Shown piece by piece: positions 28,467 through 40,100 of a DNA stretch of 64,000 nucleotides. A program made the translations under genes and the position numbers. Every line of letters begins with the position of its first letter. Positions within the stretch are counted from its first letter, which is position 1. This stretch comes from Okamejei kenojei (Eukaryota). Under the pieces are notes generated by a model, which was not told the DNA's origin, did no database searches, and saw only the letters and a list, made by a program, of their open reading frames with translations. The stretch covers positions 7,378,001 to 7,442,000 of the forward strand of contig CM069173.1 of assembly GCA_035221665.1 (NCBI GenBank), in the 5' to 3' direction.

Positions 28467-30650
28467 CAAGCTCAGACAGGTTGAAGGCCAATTGGATCGG
28501 CCAAACATATCACTCCTCCTATCTCTCAATCCAGAGGCAGTGGCAATTATTAATAGTAAGGGCGACCATTTAAACATAAAACACCATTGCAGACAAAGAG
28601 GGGAGGTCTTTCCATAGTCTCTGGGGAGATACATTATACCACTTACCATGGTTAAATATTTATGTCCTTATTGCCCTGTCCCACTGAGGAAACCTGAACG
28701 GAAACCTCTGGAGGCTTGCTCCCACCAAGATTTCCGTGCGGTTCCCGGGAGGTTCCGGAGGTCTTATGTCGTTCCTAATGGTCAAAAAGTGGTTTCCGCT
28801 CTCTTCTATGTTTGGCGATTATTTCAAAAAAATCAAAACCGGCTGCGACTAAAACTTTGGCAAGAAGATAAGTAAATTACGATAATAACTAATACATTCG
28901 GATCAAACGGGATTTCTACCCAAGAGCCACGTGTTTAAAAATTTGAGACACCCTTTTAACATAATGCTACTCACACGAAATAAAGAAGAAGACATCAATT
29001 ATAAATGCAGAAAAAAGCATTTGACCAGTAGCTTGGAAGTATCTTTTCATAGGAATGCAAAAACTTCAGATGGGAGAAATTTTTATTTAATGGATAAAAT
29101 TGTTATACGATAAGCCACTGCTGAATACGACTAAACCATATACACCTTCCTAAATTTCAAAACTATTCCAGGGGCAATAGGACATGGGATGGCATATCAC
29201 CCTGTTATTTGCCCTTGCTGATTGGAACCTGTTAGGGGAAAATTTAGGAGCACATCCGAACTTTCACGCTATAATACTAAATACTCAAAAATAAAATATC
29301 ATTATATGCAGATGATGTATTATTATTATTAACAATGCCAAGTTGCATTCCAAATATATTAAATATTATAGAGGAATTCGGGTTCCCTTTTCAGGATATA
29401 GAATAAACTGGAACAAAATTGAAATTATGGCAATAAAACCTCAAGAAACGACACACATTTTAAAATTCCATTTCAGAATTGCTATGGGAAAACAATTTAA
29501 ATATCTGGGTGTTCAGGTAACCAGGAAAATATACTTTCTCTATTCAACGCAAACTTCCCGCCTTGAGGTTGATAAATTAAATGCTCTATTCATTTGGAAA
29601 TCACTTCAGATGTCTCTAATAGGCAGTTAATAAATGCTATAAAAATAATCTTCCACCCACAAATTCTCTATTTATTTCAATCAATACCGATATACCGTGT
29701 GAATAGGCCTACATTTTTTTGACCCCCCCACTCTGGTTTTTCGGATACAAACTTTATCTGGGAGTAGAAAACACATAGATTCATAAACGACATCTATGTA
29801 AACCCAAAGAAAATGGGCGGATTGGGCTCTCCCCAATTTCTTATACTATTATTGGGCAACCGAATATAAAATGTATTTTTGAACTGGTGGATAACGCAGT
29901 GCAACATGTAGACTGGTTAATAATAGTGAGAGGGGATTGTTCGTCTTTAATTTAGGGCGTGATTCTTCTCCTCCCAAACAAAGTTGATGAACACACTATA
30001 TTGATAAAAATCCGATTTTCACAGCACTTCTCGAAACTGGGAGACAAGTAAAATCAACTTTTAAAAACTAAGAAATTTATCTCTTCTCTCACCAATAGCT
30101 AATTAAACCCTTTGTTCCATCCATCGATATAGATAAAAAATTTATTATTGGGAAAGACTAGGAATTAAAAACTTGGGAGATCTCTAACGAGAGGGGAAAC
30201 TCTTCTGTCATTTCAGGAATTACAGTCGAAATACCATTGAAGGTACATCAATATTTCAGAGATATCTTCAAATTCAAGACTATTTGAAAATACATATACC
30301 ATGACTCCCAAGCTCTCCTGAGTATATTAGACAAATGTATGATAGAAACTCAGAGTCAACTATATAACATCATACTTGTATAACACCCTTCTAAATATAG
30401 AAATCCCATCTTCAGATTGCAATTAGAAGAGACTGGGGAGAGGAAACTAGCATAAAAATTAAAAGACAGATGGGAAGAAATCTTTTATATATACACAATG
30501 GTTCGATTAATGTTAGACATACTTTAATTCAATTTAAAACACTGCACAAGACTCTACTATTCTAAGCCTAAAACTGAATAAAATATTTCCAAATGTATTC
30601 TCCTTTTTGTGGACAAATGTCTCCTTTCCAAGAGAACTATAACATTCCTC
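28467..30650 (+). mobile_element. L1 ORF2 fragment (RT and C-terminus), with a partial MITE at ~28672-28850
   Basis: LYADDV at ~29302, FSGYRINWNK, KYLGVQ, GLGLPNF..YYW, FK.LHRLYYSK..DKC. The insert at 28672 matches the MITE arm at 61512. Confidence 0.8.
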
Positions 30651-30929
30651 TGACTCTTGAGATGGGGGTGAGAGGAAAAGATAGATCAGCCATGATTGAA
30701 GGTGAGTTAGACTAGATGGGCAAATGCCCTAGATTCTGCTTCCTATAACTTCTGAACATAAAATATGGTGACATGATGGGCTGTAGTGTGTTTATTGCAA
30801 TGGATTGGTATTGTGGATACAACAGATGAAGTTAGGGTCTGTTATTAATGTTTACGTCTATGAGGTTAAGGCCATTTGGAAACATGGTGCGAGAGGACAG
30901 GACTGACAGTTCAGTGTTCTGAGGTTCTG

Positions 30930-31480
30930 TGTGGTTTCAGACGTGGTGTTGGAGATGGGGGGTGGTTTCGTTGGGAAGGGACGAGGTGGGACATGGGAGT
31001 TGTAGTGGGAACGTCTCCGAAAGCCGAAAAGGGAGGTGATGGAAAATGTGGCCAGTCGTGGGATCCCATTGGAGTTGGCAAAAATGTTGGAGGGATTATA
31101 TGTTGTAATGCGGTGGAAGGTGAGTACAAGGGGGACTCTGTAATGTTTTGAATGGGGGGGAGGGGTTGCAAGAGCTGAGCTGCAGGGATATCGAGGAGAG
31201 TCCAGTGAGAGCCTCATCTATAATGGAAGAGGGGAAACCCTGATTCCTAAAGAGTGAGGATATCTCCGATGCCCTGGTATGGAAAAACCTCATCCTGGGC
31301 GCAGAAGCGGCATTGATGTGGAGTTGGGAGTAAGGGATAGTGTCCTTACAGGGAGCAGGATAGGAAGAGTGTAGTCTGGATAGCTGTGGAGTCGTGGGTT
31401 TGTAGTTAGATGTCAGCAATTAGTTGCTCCTGTGGATGGAGATGGTGAGATCTAGAAATGGTAGGGAGATGTCGGGAGAT
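30930..31480 (-). mobile_element. Penelope-like element RT fragment
   Basis: ORF 31096-31419 (-): YKPT..SSYPAPCKDTIPYSQ..FHTRASEISSLFRNQGFP, then VPLVLTFH, typical of the Penelope RT thumb/linker. Confidence 0.75.
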
Positions 31481-31493
31481 GGCCTACTGAATG

Positions 31494-31581
31494 GACCATG
31501 TGACCTAACAATAAAGGATCTGACATTGGCAATTGATACCATGTCATCCGAAGATTGCAGGTTCGAGTCCTGTCATGGTCG
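31494..31581 (+). pseudogene. tRNA-Arg(TCG)-like gene or pseudogene with an anticodon-loop insertion
   Basis: Acceptor stem GACCATG/CATGGTC is perfectly paired, the T-arm region GAAGATTGCAGGTTCGAGTCCTG is as in vertebrate tRNA-Arg, and TTTT follows. The D-arm is diverged and there are about 15 extra nt at the anticodon. Confidence 0.65.
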
Positions 31582-31594
31582 TTTTACCAAGTTG

Positions 31595-31925
31595 AATGGT
31601 GGCGCCGAGGTAGAGTTGCTGCCTGACAGCGCCAGATATCCGGGTTCGATCCTGACTACGGGTTGCTGTCTGTACAGAAGTTCTTTATACGGTATTCCGT
31701 GACCTGCGGCCCCCCCCCCCCCCCTGGTGGGTTTTCTCCGGTGCTCCGGGTTTCCTCCCAGACTCCAAAAGATGTGCATGTTTTAGGTTATTGGCTTTAA
31801 GTAAATCGTGTAAGCTGTCCCCAGAGTGTGTCGGGATAGTGCTGGTAACTATGGGTGATCAGTGATCAGCACAGAATCGTGGGCCAAAGGGCCAGTCTCC
31901 TGCTGCATCTGTAAAGTCTAAAGGA
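31595..31925 (+). mobile_element. tRNA-derived SINE
   Basis: ggtggcgccgaggtagagttgctgcc..cgggttcgatcc (A and B boxes), with the body shared with the other SINE copies. Confidence 0.75.
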
Positions 31926-32419
31926 TATGGTAGGACCGATTACCAAAAGAGGATGAAGAACATGTAATAGATTAAAGCATCTAGTAGGTGATTTATCGTT
32001 CCCAATATTGGATGCGGACTTAATCAGATCCAATGATTTACAGACAGGGCATAATTTATGGGGTGTATCCAAGAAGCTTTCTTGAAAACAATTGTGGATA
32101 AACAACCAAGAGTAGGAAATTTCTGGACCTTGTGTTGACAATGGAGCCAGTCCAAGTGACCGGTGTTGTCAGTGGACGAACATTTTGGGTTATGTTGATA
32201 AACACTCTATATGTTTTAATGTGTAGGAAAGGAAAATGCAGATGGCTGGATTAAAACCGAAGATAGGGACCACAATATCGTGCAGTGACTTCAGCGGGAC
32301 AGGCAGCATTCTCCGGAGAGAAGGAATGGGTGACGTTTCAGGTTTGAGACCCTTCGCCAGACTACAAGATGATAAATGAGAGATATACGTATACGATGAT
32401 GTAGATAGATATAGAACAA

Positions 32420-33135
32420 AGGGGTAAAATTGAAGGGAATTAAGGCCGACAAATCCCCAGGGGCCAGATAGGCTGCATTCCCAGGGTACTTAGGGAATAG
32501 CCCCAGAAATAGAGATGCCTTAGTGATAATTTTTTCACAACTCTTTAGAATTGGGAGTAGTTCCTGAGGATTGGAGGGGAGTAATGGAACCCCACTTTTT
32601 CAAAAAGGAGGGAGAGAGGAAAACGGGGAGTGCAGACAAGTGAGTACATCAGTAGTGGGGATGCGCTGCTATCCCATTTCTTTAATAATTGACTCTAGCA
32701 GTTGAGTAATTATTAAAGATGGGATACGCAGCCGGTTTGTAAAGTGGTGAAATCATTGGGACAATGTCAGCATGGATTTACGAAGGGTAATCATGTTCTG
32801 ACGAATCTTATTGATTTTTTGAGGATGTAACTAGGTAGAAGTGGGATCAGGGCGAAGCAGGGATGTGTTGTATCTGGACTTTCAGACGGCTTTCGACAAG
32901 GTCCCACACAAGAGATTGGTATACAACTTAAAGACACGGTATTGGTGTTTCAGTATGATGGTGGATAGAGAAAAAATGGCTGGCAGACAGGAAGCAATGA
33001 GGTAGGCGTGAAACGGGTCCTTTTCAGCGATGGCAAGACAGTGACTTGTGGGGGTGCCGCAAAGGCTCAGCGCTGGGACCCCAGCTATTTACAATATACA
33101 TTAATGAGTTGGACGAGGGAATTAAAATGAACGAT
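32420..33135 (+). mobile_element. CR1 LINE RT fragment
   Basis: DKSPGPD, QHGF.KG, YLDFQTAFDKVPH, GVPQGSALGPQLFTIYINELD. Confidence 0.8.
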
Positions 33136-33139
33136 TTGG

Positions 33140-34325
33140 TGAAAGTGTGCGGGAGCGCTATATTCTCTACAGACAACTGTGTGGCTGTTTGCCAAAGCAT
33201 GTGAGAAAGCAGATTATCATGGGAAGAAAAATTTGTCTCCATCTGTACAGACAGCTAGCACAAGTCGGCGGCCAGAGGAACCGAGGTAGGAAATACGGCA
33301 AGCTTGTCTCCTCACAAAATTTACTTGGCTGACTCCAGTCGCAAACCAGAGTGTTGAGTGATCTGTGAAACGGTATTATTGATGCTAGAATTCCACTGTG
33401 CAAATGGAAAACAAATCTTCTCAGAGTTTTTTAGAGAAAAAATACAGAGAGGAACATGTTACCGAGCGAGGCGTCATTACGGAAAAATTATGTTTGACAG
33501 AACTTCAAGATTGTTGTGCAGAAAATTTGAGATGAAGTGGATGCAACAAAAATATGGAATATAAACGAGGAAAATGATGCTGTGGGATGAATCTTGTCAC
33601 CCCAAAATGTGGTCATCGGCACACTGGAGGCAGGTCATACCATCAAAGGAGTATTTGTTTGACATCGGAAGTATTGAGAAGTCAAACAGCTCAACTATTG
33701 CTAGTTGTGTAACATCTTCACTTGCGTCCTTGGCCAGAAGGTATAAAACATGAGACTGATCTTCTGGTTGTGACTGATGCAGCATCGTACATGAAAAAAG
33801 ATGCTGCGCTCTTAAAGTTTTATTCCCCAAAATGTTTGCATCGGAATGGCTTAGCTCACGGACTCCAAGAAGTTGCCGAGCAATAGTAGCTTGTTTCCAA
33901 AATGTCGATCGCCTAGTTTCCCATGTCCAGAAAAATCCTTCCTCAAGCCCGGTGACGGTTGCGTGTAGGTGGTGAAGGAAACGGCACCCGAGAATGCCAC
34001 TACCTCTTCAGTCCTTTTTGACAAGGTGGCTTTCTGCTGTTCTCTACTGCGCCGCAAATTTTGAAAAGATAAAATAAATCATCAATTGTTTTGAAGAAGA
34101 AGAATCTGCTGCAGTCGGATTGTCAGGATTCATACTGAAAAAAGTCCCTCAACGCTATCTTGTCGTTTTATTGCTTCCATATTTGCAAAACTTCCCACAA
34201 CCATATTTCCCTGAGAATAGTGGCGAAACATTAATGAATAACTTGCAGTTTCACAAAGTAACTGACGAAATTCGTAAGTTCCTTGCGATGCAGGTAAAGT
34301 CATACACAGAAATGTGAGAGAGTGG
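33140..34325 (+). mobile_element. Degraded hAT-superfamily-like transposase remnant
   Basis: VTDAASYMKK..LKVLFPKM (~33770-33835), LAHGLQEVAE..FPNVDRLVS (~33850-33920) and LTRW (~34018), resembling the hAT DxA, CxxH and TRW motifs. Confidence 0.55.
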
Positions 34326-34330
34326 ATTGT

Positions 34331-35230
34331 ACTTCAGAGTCCACGTGATTGATTACGTGAAGAAGTTCGCCAGCCCGCATGCGGGTGAATACGTTCTAAT
34401 GCATGGCGCACTACTGGTGGCAGGCGCGTCGCTCCTCCAGCGGTAAGTTTCAAAACCCTGCAGGTAAGTTTTCGAACTTTTTCAGGTTGTCCTTGTTGCA
34501 GGAATCTCTTTTGCATAGTACCTGCTGGATATTTAAATATGGGGCGAAACCTGGACGGGCCGAGGGGAAACCGATTAAGGACCGCAGGTATACCAGCTGC
34601 GGACCGCGGAAGTGCGGGTAGCCGGTGGCCGTCGGGTTCGCTACCTAAGTCGCTGACAGTGCAGTCAGCGGCTTCCGAGATTGAAATACGGAGCGATATC
34701 CGGACGGGCCGTGGGGAAACTTCTGACCACGGGGTACCAGCTACGGACCGCAGGAGTGTGGGTAGCCAGCGGCTACCTGAGTCGCTGACAGTGCGGTCAG
34801 CGACTCTGACTTCCAAAGCCCCAAAAAGGTTGGGCAGCTAAACGGAGTTGGAGAGGCCTGGGCTGGGATGAGCCAGGCCAGGAGGGTTCCCCTCCGACAT
34901 ACATGGGTACATCCTCGGACGTTTAACCCATCCTGATATGGTCCATGAAACAGGGCCATATCAGTGCAGGTCCTCGGGGGGCCTACGGCTGTGCCTGTTT
35001 CAGGGCTGCTCACTAATTTCCTTCTCTGTGGAGGGGAGTACGAGGGGTCAGTGTGTGACTGACTCCAAACCCGGACGTATGTCTGTGGCACATACTGGTA
35101 TTCATGAGTAAGGTTCCAGAATATCCCGGGGGGGGGGGGGGTGGCACGGTTCCCCTCACGTTACAAGCCTTGTAAGCATCAGCTACCTCACGTCACAATA
35201 TTTCAGGAACAGGTGACGGAAAATACCATA
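34331..35230 (+). mobile_element. DIRS1-like 5' end with gag-like start
   Basis: Starts acttcagagtccacgtgattgattacgtgaagaag, similar to 9783. Followed by GC-rich ORF 34539-34841 with an internal duplication. Confidence 0.5.
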
Positions 35231-35249
35231 CACCTGTAAATGAAGACTA

Positions 35250-36125
35250 TGGAGACTGGATATTTTAAGGCAGAGTTTGACAGATTATTTATCAGTACGG
35301 GTGTCATGGGTTATGGAGCGAATGCAGGAGAATGGGGTTGAAAGGGAAAGATAGATTGGCCATGTTTGAATGGCGGTATGGACTTGAGGGGCCGCATGAC
35401 CTAATTCCGCTACCAGAACCCATGAACTTATGAACATGTATAAGGTTGGCCCAATGTCATAGACAACAGACAATAGGTGCAGGAGTAGGCCAGTCGGCCA
35501 TTCGAGCCAGCACCACCATTCAATATGATCATGGCTGATCATCTACAATCAGTACCCTGTTGCTGCCGTCTCCCAATATCCCTTGACTCCGCTATCTTAA
35601 AGAGCTCTATCTAACTCTCTCTTAAAAGCATCCTGAGAAACAGCCTCCACCTCCCTCTGTTACAGAGAATTCCACAGACTCACAACTCTCGGTGTGAAAA
35701 AGTATTTCCTCAACTCCATTCTAAAACCCTTATTCTTCAACTGTGGCCCTTGGTTCTGGAATCTCCCAACATCGGGAACATATTTCCTGCTTCTGGCATT
35801 TCCAAAGCATTAATAATCTTTTATGTTGGGGTGGGAGATTGCAACCTTCACGTGGTCCGCTCTTTTTCGACGAATGCAATCAACCTGCCACGCACAATCA
35901 AATAAGATCAAATAGAACAGGTTGTCCTGCAACTTTAGGCTGTGCACGCCACACGCAAGAAGAAGTTCTTATATGTCTCAATAAGATCCCCTCTCATCCT
36001 AAATTCCAGAGTATACAAGCCCAGCTGCTCCATTCTATCAACATATGACAGTCCCGCAATCCTGGGAATTAACCTTGTGAACCTACGCTGCACTCCCTCA
36101 ATAGCAAGATTGTCTTTCCTCAAAT
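35250..36125. mobile_element. Tail-to-tail CR1 3' ends (+ ~35250-35440; - ~35455-36125) with a 135-bp LINE-tail insert at ~35828-35964
   Basis: ORF 35935-36195 (-) IEGVQRRFTRLIP..LGLYTLEFRMRGDLIETYK. The insert ends in (gaa)n and recurs at 46266-46400. Confidence 0.75.
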
Positions 36126-36759
36126 TTCTGTGTTGGACAGCTCTTTGACTGCAATTAATCAATTGATCGAATTTATTTCCAGTTGTGCTCCACATCCCGA
36201 ATAGGTGCAGGTTTTTAGGTTAACTGCCCTCTGTAAAATTGTTCCTAGTGCGTGGGTAGTGGATGAGGAAGCAGGGTAACAGAGAAAGTGGTTATGGGTG
36301 ATCGATGGTCTCCATACTGTATCTCTGAACGAAACGAATCTCATCTACAAACCCGCATGTCTTGGGGATCTGGAAAGAACACAGAGCACCCGGTGGAAAC
36401 CCACGAGGTCACAGAGAGAAGGTTCAAACTCCACACATACAGATAGCACCCGAGGTCAGGATTGAACCCGGGTCTCTGGCACCGTGAGGCAATTACTCTA
36501 CCGCTGCGCTACCATGCCTAATTACCTTAGTTCTTCAGTTGTGATGTCAGTCTGGTTTAGTTATTGGACTTTGGTTTAGTGATACAGCGCGGAAACAGGC
36601 CCTTCGGCCAACCGAGTTCGCGCCCACCAGCGATCAACCCGTACCCGTACACGAGCACTATCCTACACACACTAGGGACAATTTACAAATTATCTTATAA
36701 ACCTTTGGAGTGTGGGAGGAAAACCGGAACACCTGGTGAAAACCGGGCTTTTCTTGCTA

Positions 36760-37134
36760 TCTCTATATTACTAAAAGTCTGATCTTGACCTTTTTGGCCC
36801 ACTGTGCTGCAATTTCTGAGCGAACACCACCACCTATGGCCGTCATTTTTGGCCACCTCGCTTATAGCCCCCCTCCGCCTTACTGGACCAGAGGACTTTT
36901 CCCTTTGATGAAATATGAGAGAGACATTAATGTTTTTAAAAAATTCCCCATTCTCTCTGCTGCCCCCACAGGCGGCAGGGGGGAGGGGGAGGGACAATAA
37001 AACCCCGAACTGTCGTGCCTCACTCAGTCTCTGCCAGACCGCAAGAGGGTCACGGCTCTCTGAGCTGTTAATAACACGGAACGGATGTCCTATCCACGGT
37101 AAGTCCCCTTGTTGTGGCTGCTGCCATTTTTTTT
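36760..37134 (+). mobile_element. Helitron-like 5' end preceding the satellite
   Basis: A|TCTCTATATTACTAAAAGTCTGATCTTGAC matches the 5' terminus of the complete Helitron at 45809 (A|TCTATATTACTAAACTAAGATCTTGAC). Confidence 0.65.
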
Positions 37135-40100
37135 TTTAAAGTTTGTGTTCACAAAATGAATTTTGGTTGTCAGGTGGCTGCTTGCTGCCCAATTGTTCGC
37201 CTCGCCTTTTTAAAAAAAAGTTTGTGTTCACAAAATAATATTTGGTTGTCAGGTGGCTGCTTGCTGCCCAATTGTTTGTCTCGCCTTTTAAAAAATAAAT
37301 TTGTGTTCACAAAATGAATTTTGGTTGTCAGGTGGCTGCTTGCTGCCCAATTGTTTGCCTCGCCTTTTTTAAAAGTTTGTGTTCACAAAATGGATTTTGG
37401 TTGTCAGGTGGCTGCTTGCTGCCCAATTGTTTGCCTCGCCTTTTTAAAAGTTTGTGTTCACAAAATGGATTTTGGTTGTCAGGTGGCTGCTTGCTGCCCA
37501 ATTGTTTGCCTCGCCTTTTTAAAAATATTGTATTCACAAAATGGAATTTGGTTGGCAGGTGGCTGCTTGCTGACCAATTGTTTGCCTCGCCTTTCTAAAA
37601 AGTTTGTGTTCACAAAATGGATTTTGGTTGTCAGTTGCATGCGGACCAATTGTTTGACTCGCCTTTTAAAAAGGTTTGTGTTCACAAAATTATTATTTTT
37701 TTCCTCGCCTTTTTTTTTAATGTTGTGTTAACAAAAGGAATTTTGGTTGTCAGGTGGCTGCTTGCTGCCCAATTGTTTGCCTCACCTTGTTAAAAAAAAA
37801 TGTTGTCTTCACAAAATGAATTTTGGTTGTCAGGTGGCTGCTTGCTGCCCAATTGTTTGCCTCACATTTTTTTAAAGTTTATGTTCACAAAATGAATTTT
37901 GGTTGTTATTTGGCTGCTTGCTGCCCAATTGTTTGCATCACCTGTTTTAAACAAATGTTGTGTTCACAAAATTAATTTTGGTTGTCAGATGGCTGCTTGC
38001 TGCCCAATTGTTTGCCTTGCCTTTTTCAAGCGTTTGTGTTCACAAAATGGATTTTGGTTGTCAGGTGGCTGCTTGCAACCCAATCGTTTGCCTTGCCTTT
38101 TTAAAACATTTGTGTTCACAAAATAGATTTTGGTTGTCAGGTGGCTGCGGCCAAATTGTTTGCCTCGCCTTTTTAAGTCTGTGTTCACAAAATGGATTTT
38201 GGTTGTCAGGTAGCTGCTTGCTGCCCATTGTTTTCTTCGCCTTTTTAAAAGGTGTGTGTTCACAAAATGAATTTTGGTTGTTATTTGGCTGCTTGTTGCC
38301 CAATTGTTTGCGTCACCTTTCTTTTTTAATTTTGTGTTCACAAAAGGAATTTTGGTTAACAGGTGGTGCTTGCTGCCCAATTGTTTCCCTTGCCTTTTTG
38401 AAGAGGGGGGGGGGGGGGGGGGGCGTTGTGTTCACAAAATGGGAATTTGGTTGTCAGTTGGCTACGGCCCAATTGTTTTGCCTCGCCTTTTTCAAGCATT
38501 TGTATTCACAAAATGGATTTTGGTTGTCAGGTGGCTGCAGCCCAATTGTTTGCCTCGCCTTTTTAAAGAGTTAGTGTTCATAAAATGGATTTTGATTGTC
38601 AGGTGGCTGTGGCCCAATTGTTTGTCTCACCTTTTTTTTTAATGTTGTGTTCACAAAATGAATTTTGGTTAACAGGTGGCTGCTTGCTGCCCAATTGTTT
38701 CCCTTGCCTTTTTGAAGAGTTTGTGTTCACAAAATGGATTTTGGTTGTCAGGTGGCTGCTTGCTGCCCAATTGTTTGCCTCGCCTTTTTAAATGTGTGTG
38801 TTCACAAAATGAATTTTGGTTGTTATTTGGCTGCTTGTTGCCCAATTGTTTGCCTCGCTTTTTTTTTAATGTTGTGTTCACAACATGAATTTTGGTTAAC
38901 AGGTGCTGCTGGCTGCCCGATTGTTTCCCTTGCCTTTTTGAAGAGTTTGTGTTCACAAAATGAATTTTGGTTGTCAGTTGGCTGCGGCCCAATTGCTTGC
39001 CTCGCCTTTTTCAAGAGTTTGTGTTTACAAAATGGATTTTGGTTGTCCGGTGGCTGTGGCCCAATTGTTTGCCTCGCCTTTTTAAACAGTTTGTGTTCAC
39101 AAAATAGATTTTGGTTGTCAGGTGGCTGCGGCCCAATTGTTTGCCTCGCCTTTTGAAAGAGTTGTGTGCACAAAATGGATCTTGGTTGTCTGGTGGCTGC
39201 GACCCAATTGTTTGCCCGCCTTTTTAAAGATTTTGTGTTCACAAAATGGATTATGGTTGTCAGTTGGCTGCGGCCCAATTGTTTGCCTCGCCTTTTTCAA
39301 GTGTTTGTGTTCACAACATGGATTTTGGTTGGCAGGTGGCTGCGGCCCAATTGTTTGCCTCGCCTTTTCCAAGTGTTTGTGTTCACAACATGGATTTTGG
39401 TTGGCAGGTGGCTGCTTGCGGCCCAATTGTTTGCCTCGCCTTTTTAAAACATTTGTGTTCACAAAATAGATTTTGGTTGTCAGGTGGCTGCGGCCAAATT
39501 GTTTGCCTCGCCTTTTTAAGTCTGTGTTCACAAAATGGATTTTGGTTGTCAGGTAGCTGCTTGCTGCCCATTGTTTTCTTCGCCTTTTTAAAAGGTGTGT
39601 GTTCACAAAATGAATTTTGGTTGTTATTTGGCTGCTTGTTGCCCAATTGTTTGCGTCACCTTTCTTTTTTTAATTTTGTGTTCACAAAAGGAATTTTGGT
39701 TAACAGGTGGCTGCTTGCTGCCCAATTGTTTCCCTTGCCTTTTTGAAGAGTTTGTGTTCACAAAATGGAATTTGGTTGTCAGTTGGCTACGGCCCAATTG
39801 TTTGCCTCGCCTTTTTCAAGCATTTGTATTCACAAAATGGATTTTGGTTGTCAGGTGGCTGCAGCCCAATTGTTTGCCTCGCCTTTTTAAAGAGTTAGTG
39901 TTCATAAAATGGATTTTGATTGTCAGGTGGCTGTGGCCCAATTGTTTGTCTCACCTTTTTTTTTAATGTTGTGTTCACAAAATGAATTTTGGTTAACAGG
40001 TGGCTGCTTGCTGCCCAATTGTTTCCCTTGCCTTTTTGAAGAGTTTGTGTTCACAAAATGGATTTTGGTTGTCAGGTGGCTGCTTGCTGCCCAATTGTTT

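Noticed and set aside
27844-28649. Long ORFs spanning X runs
   Set aside because: Artefacts of the 500-N gap.
38405-38423. Poly-G run (also G/C runs near 19273, 31708, 35127, 57610, 60208, 60876) as G-quadruplex signals
   Set aside because: The run is absent from the otherwise near-identical HOR copy at ~39750, so it is most likely a sequencing or polishing artefact.
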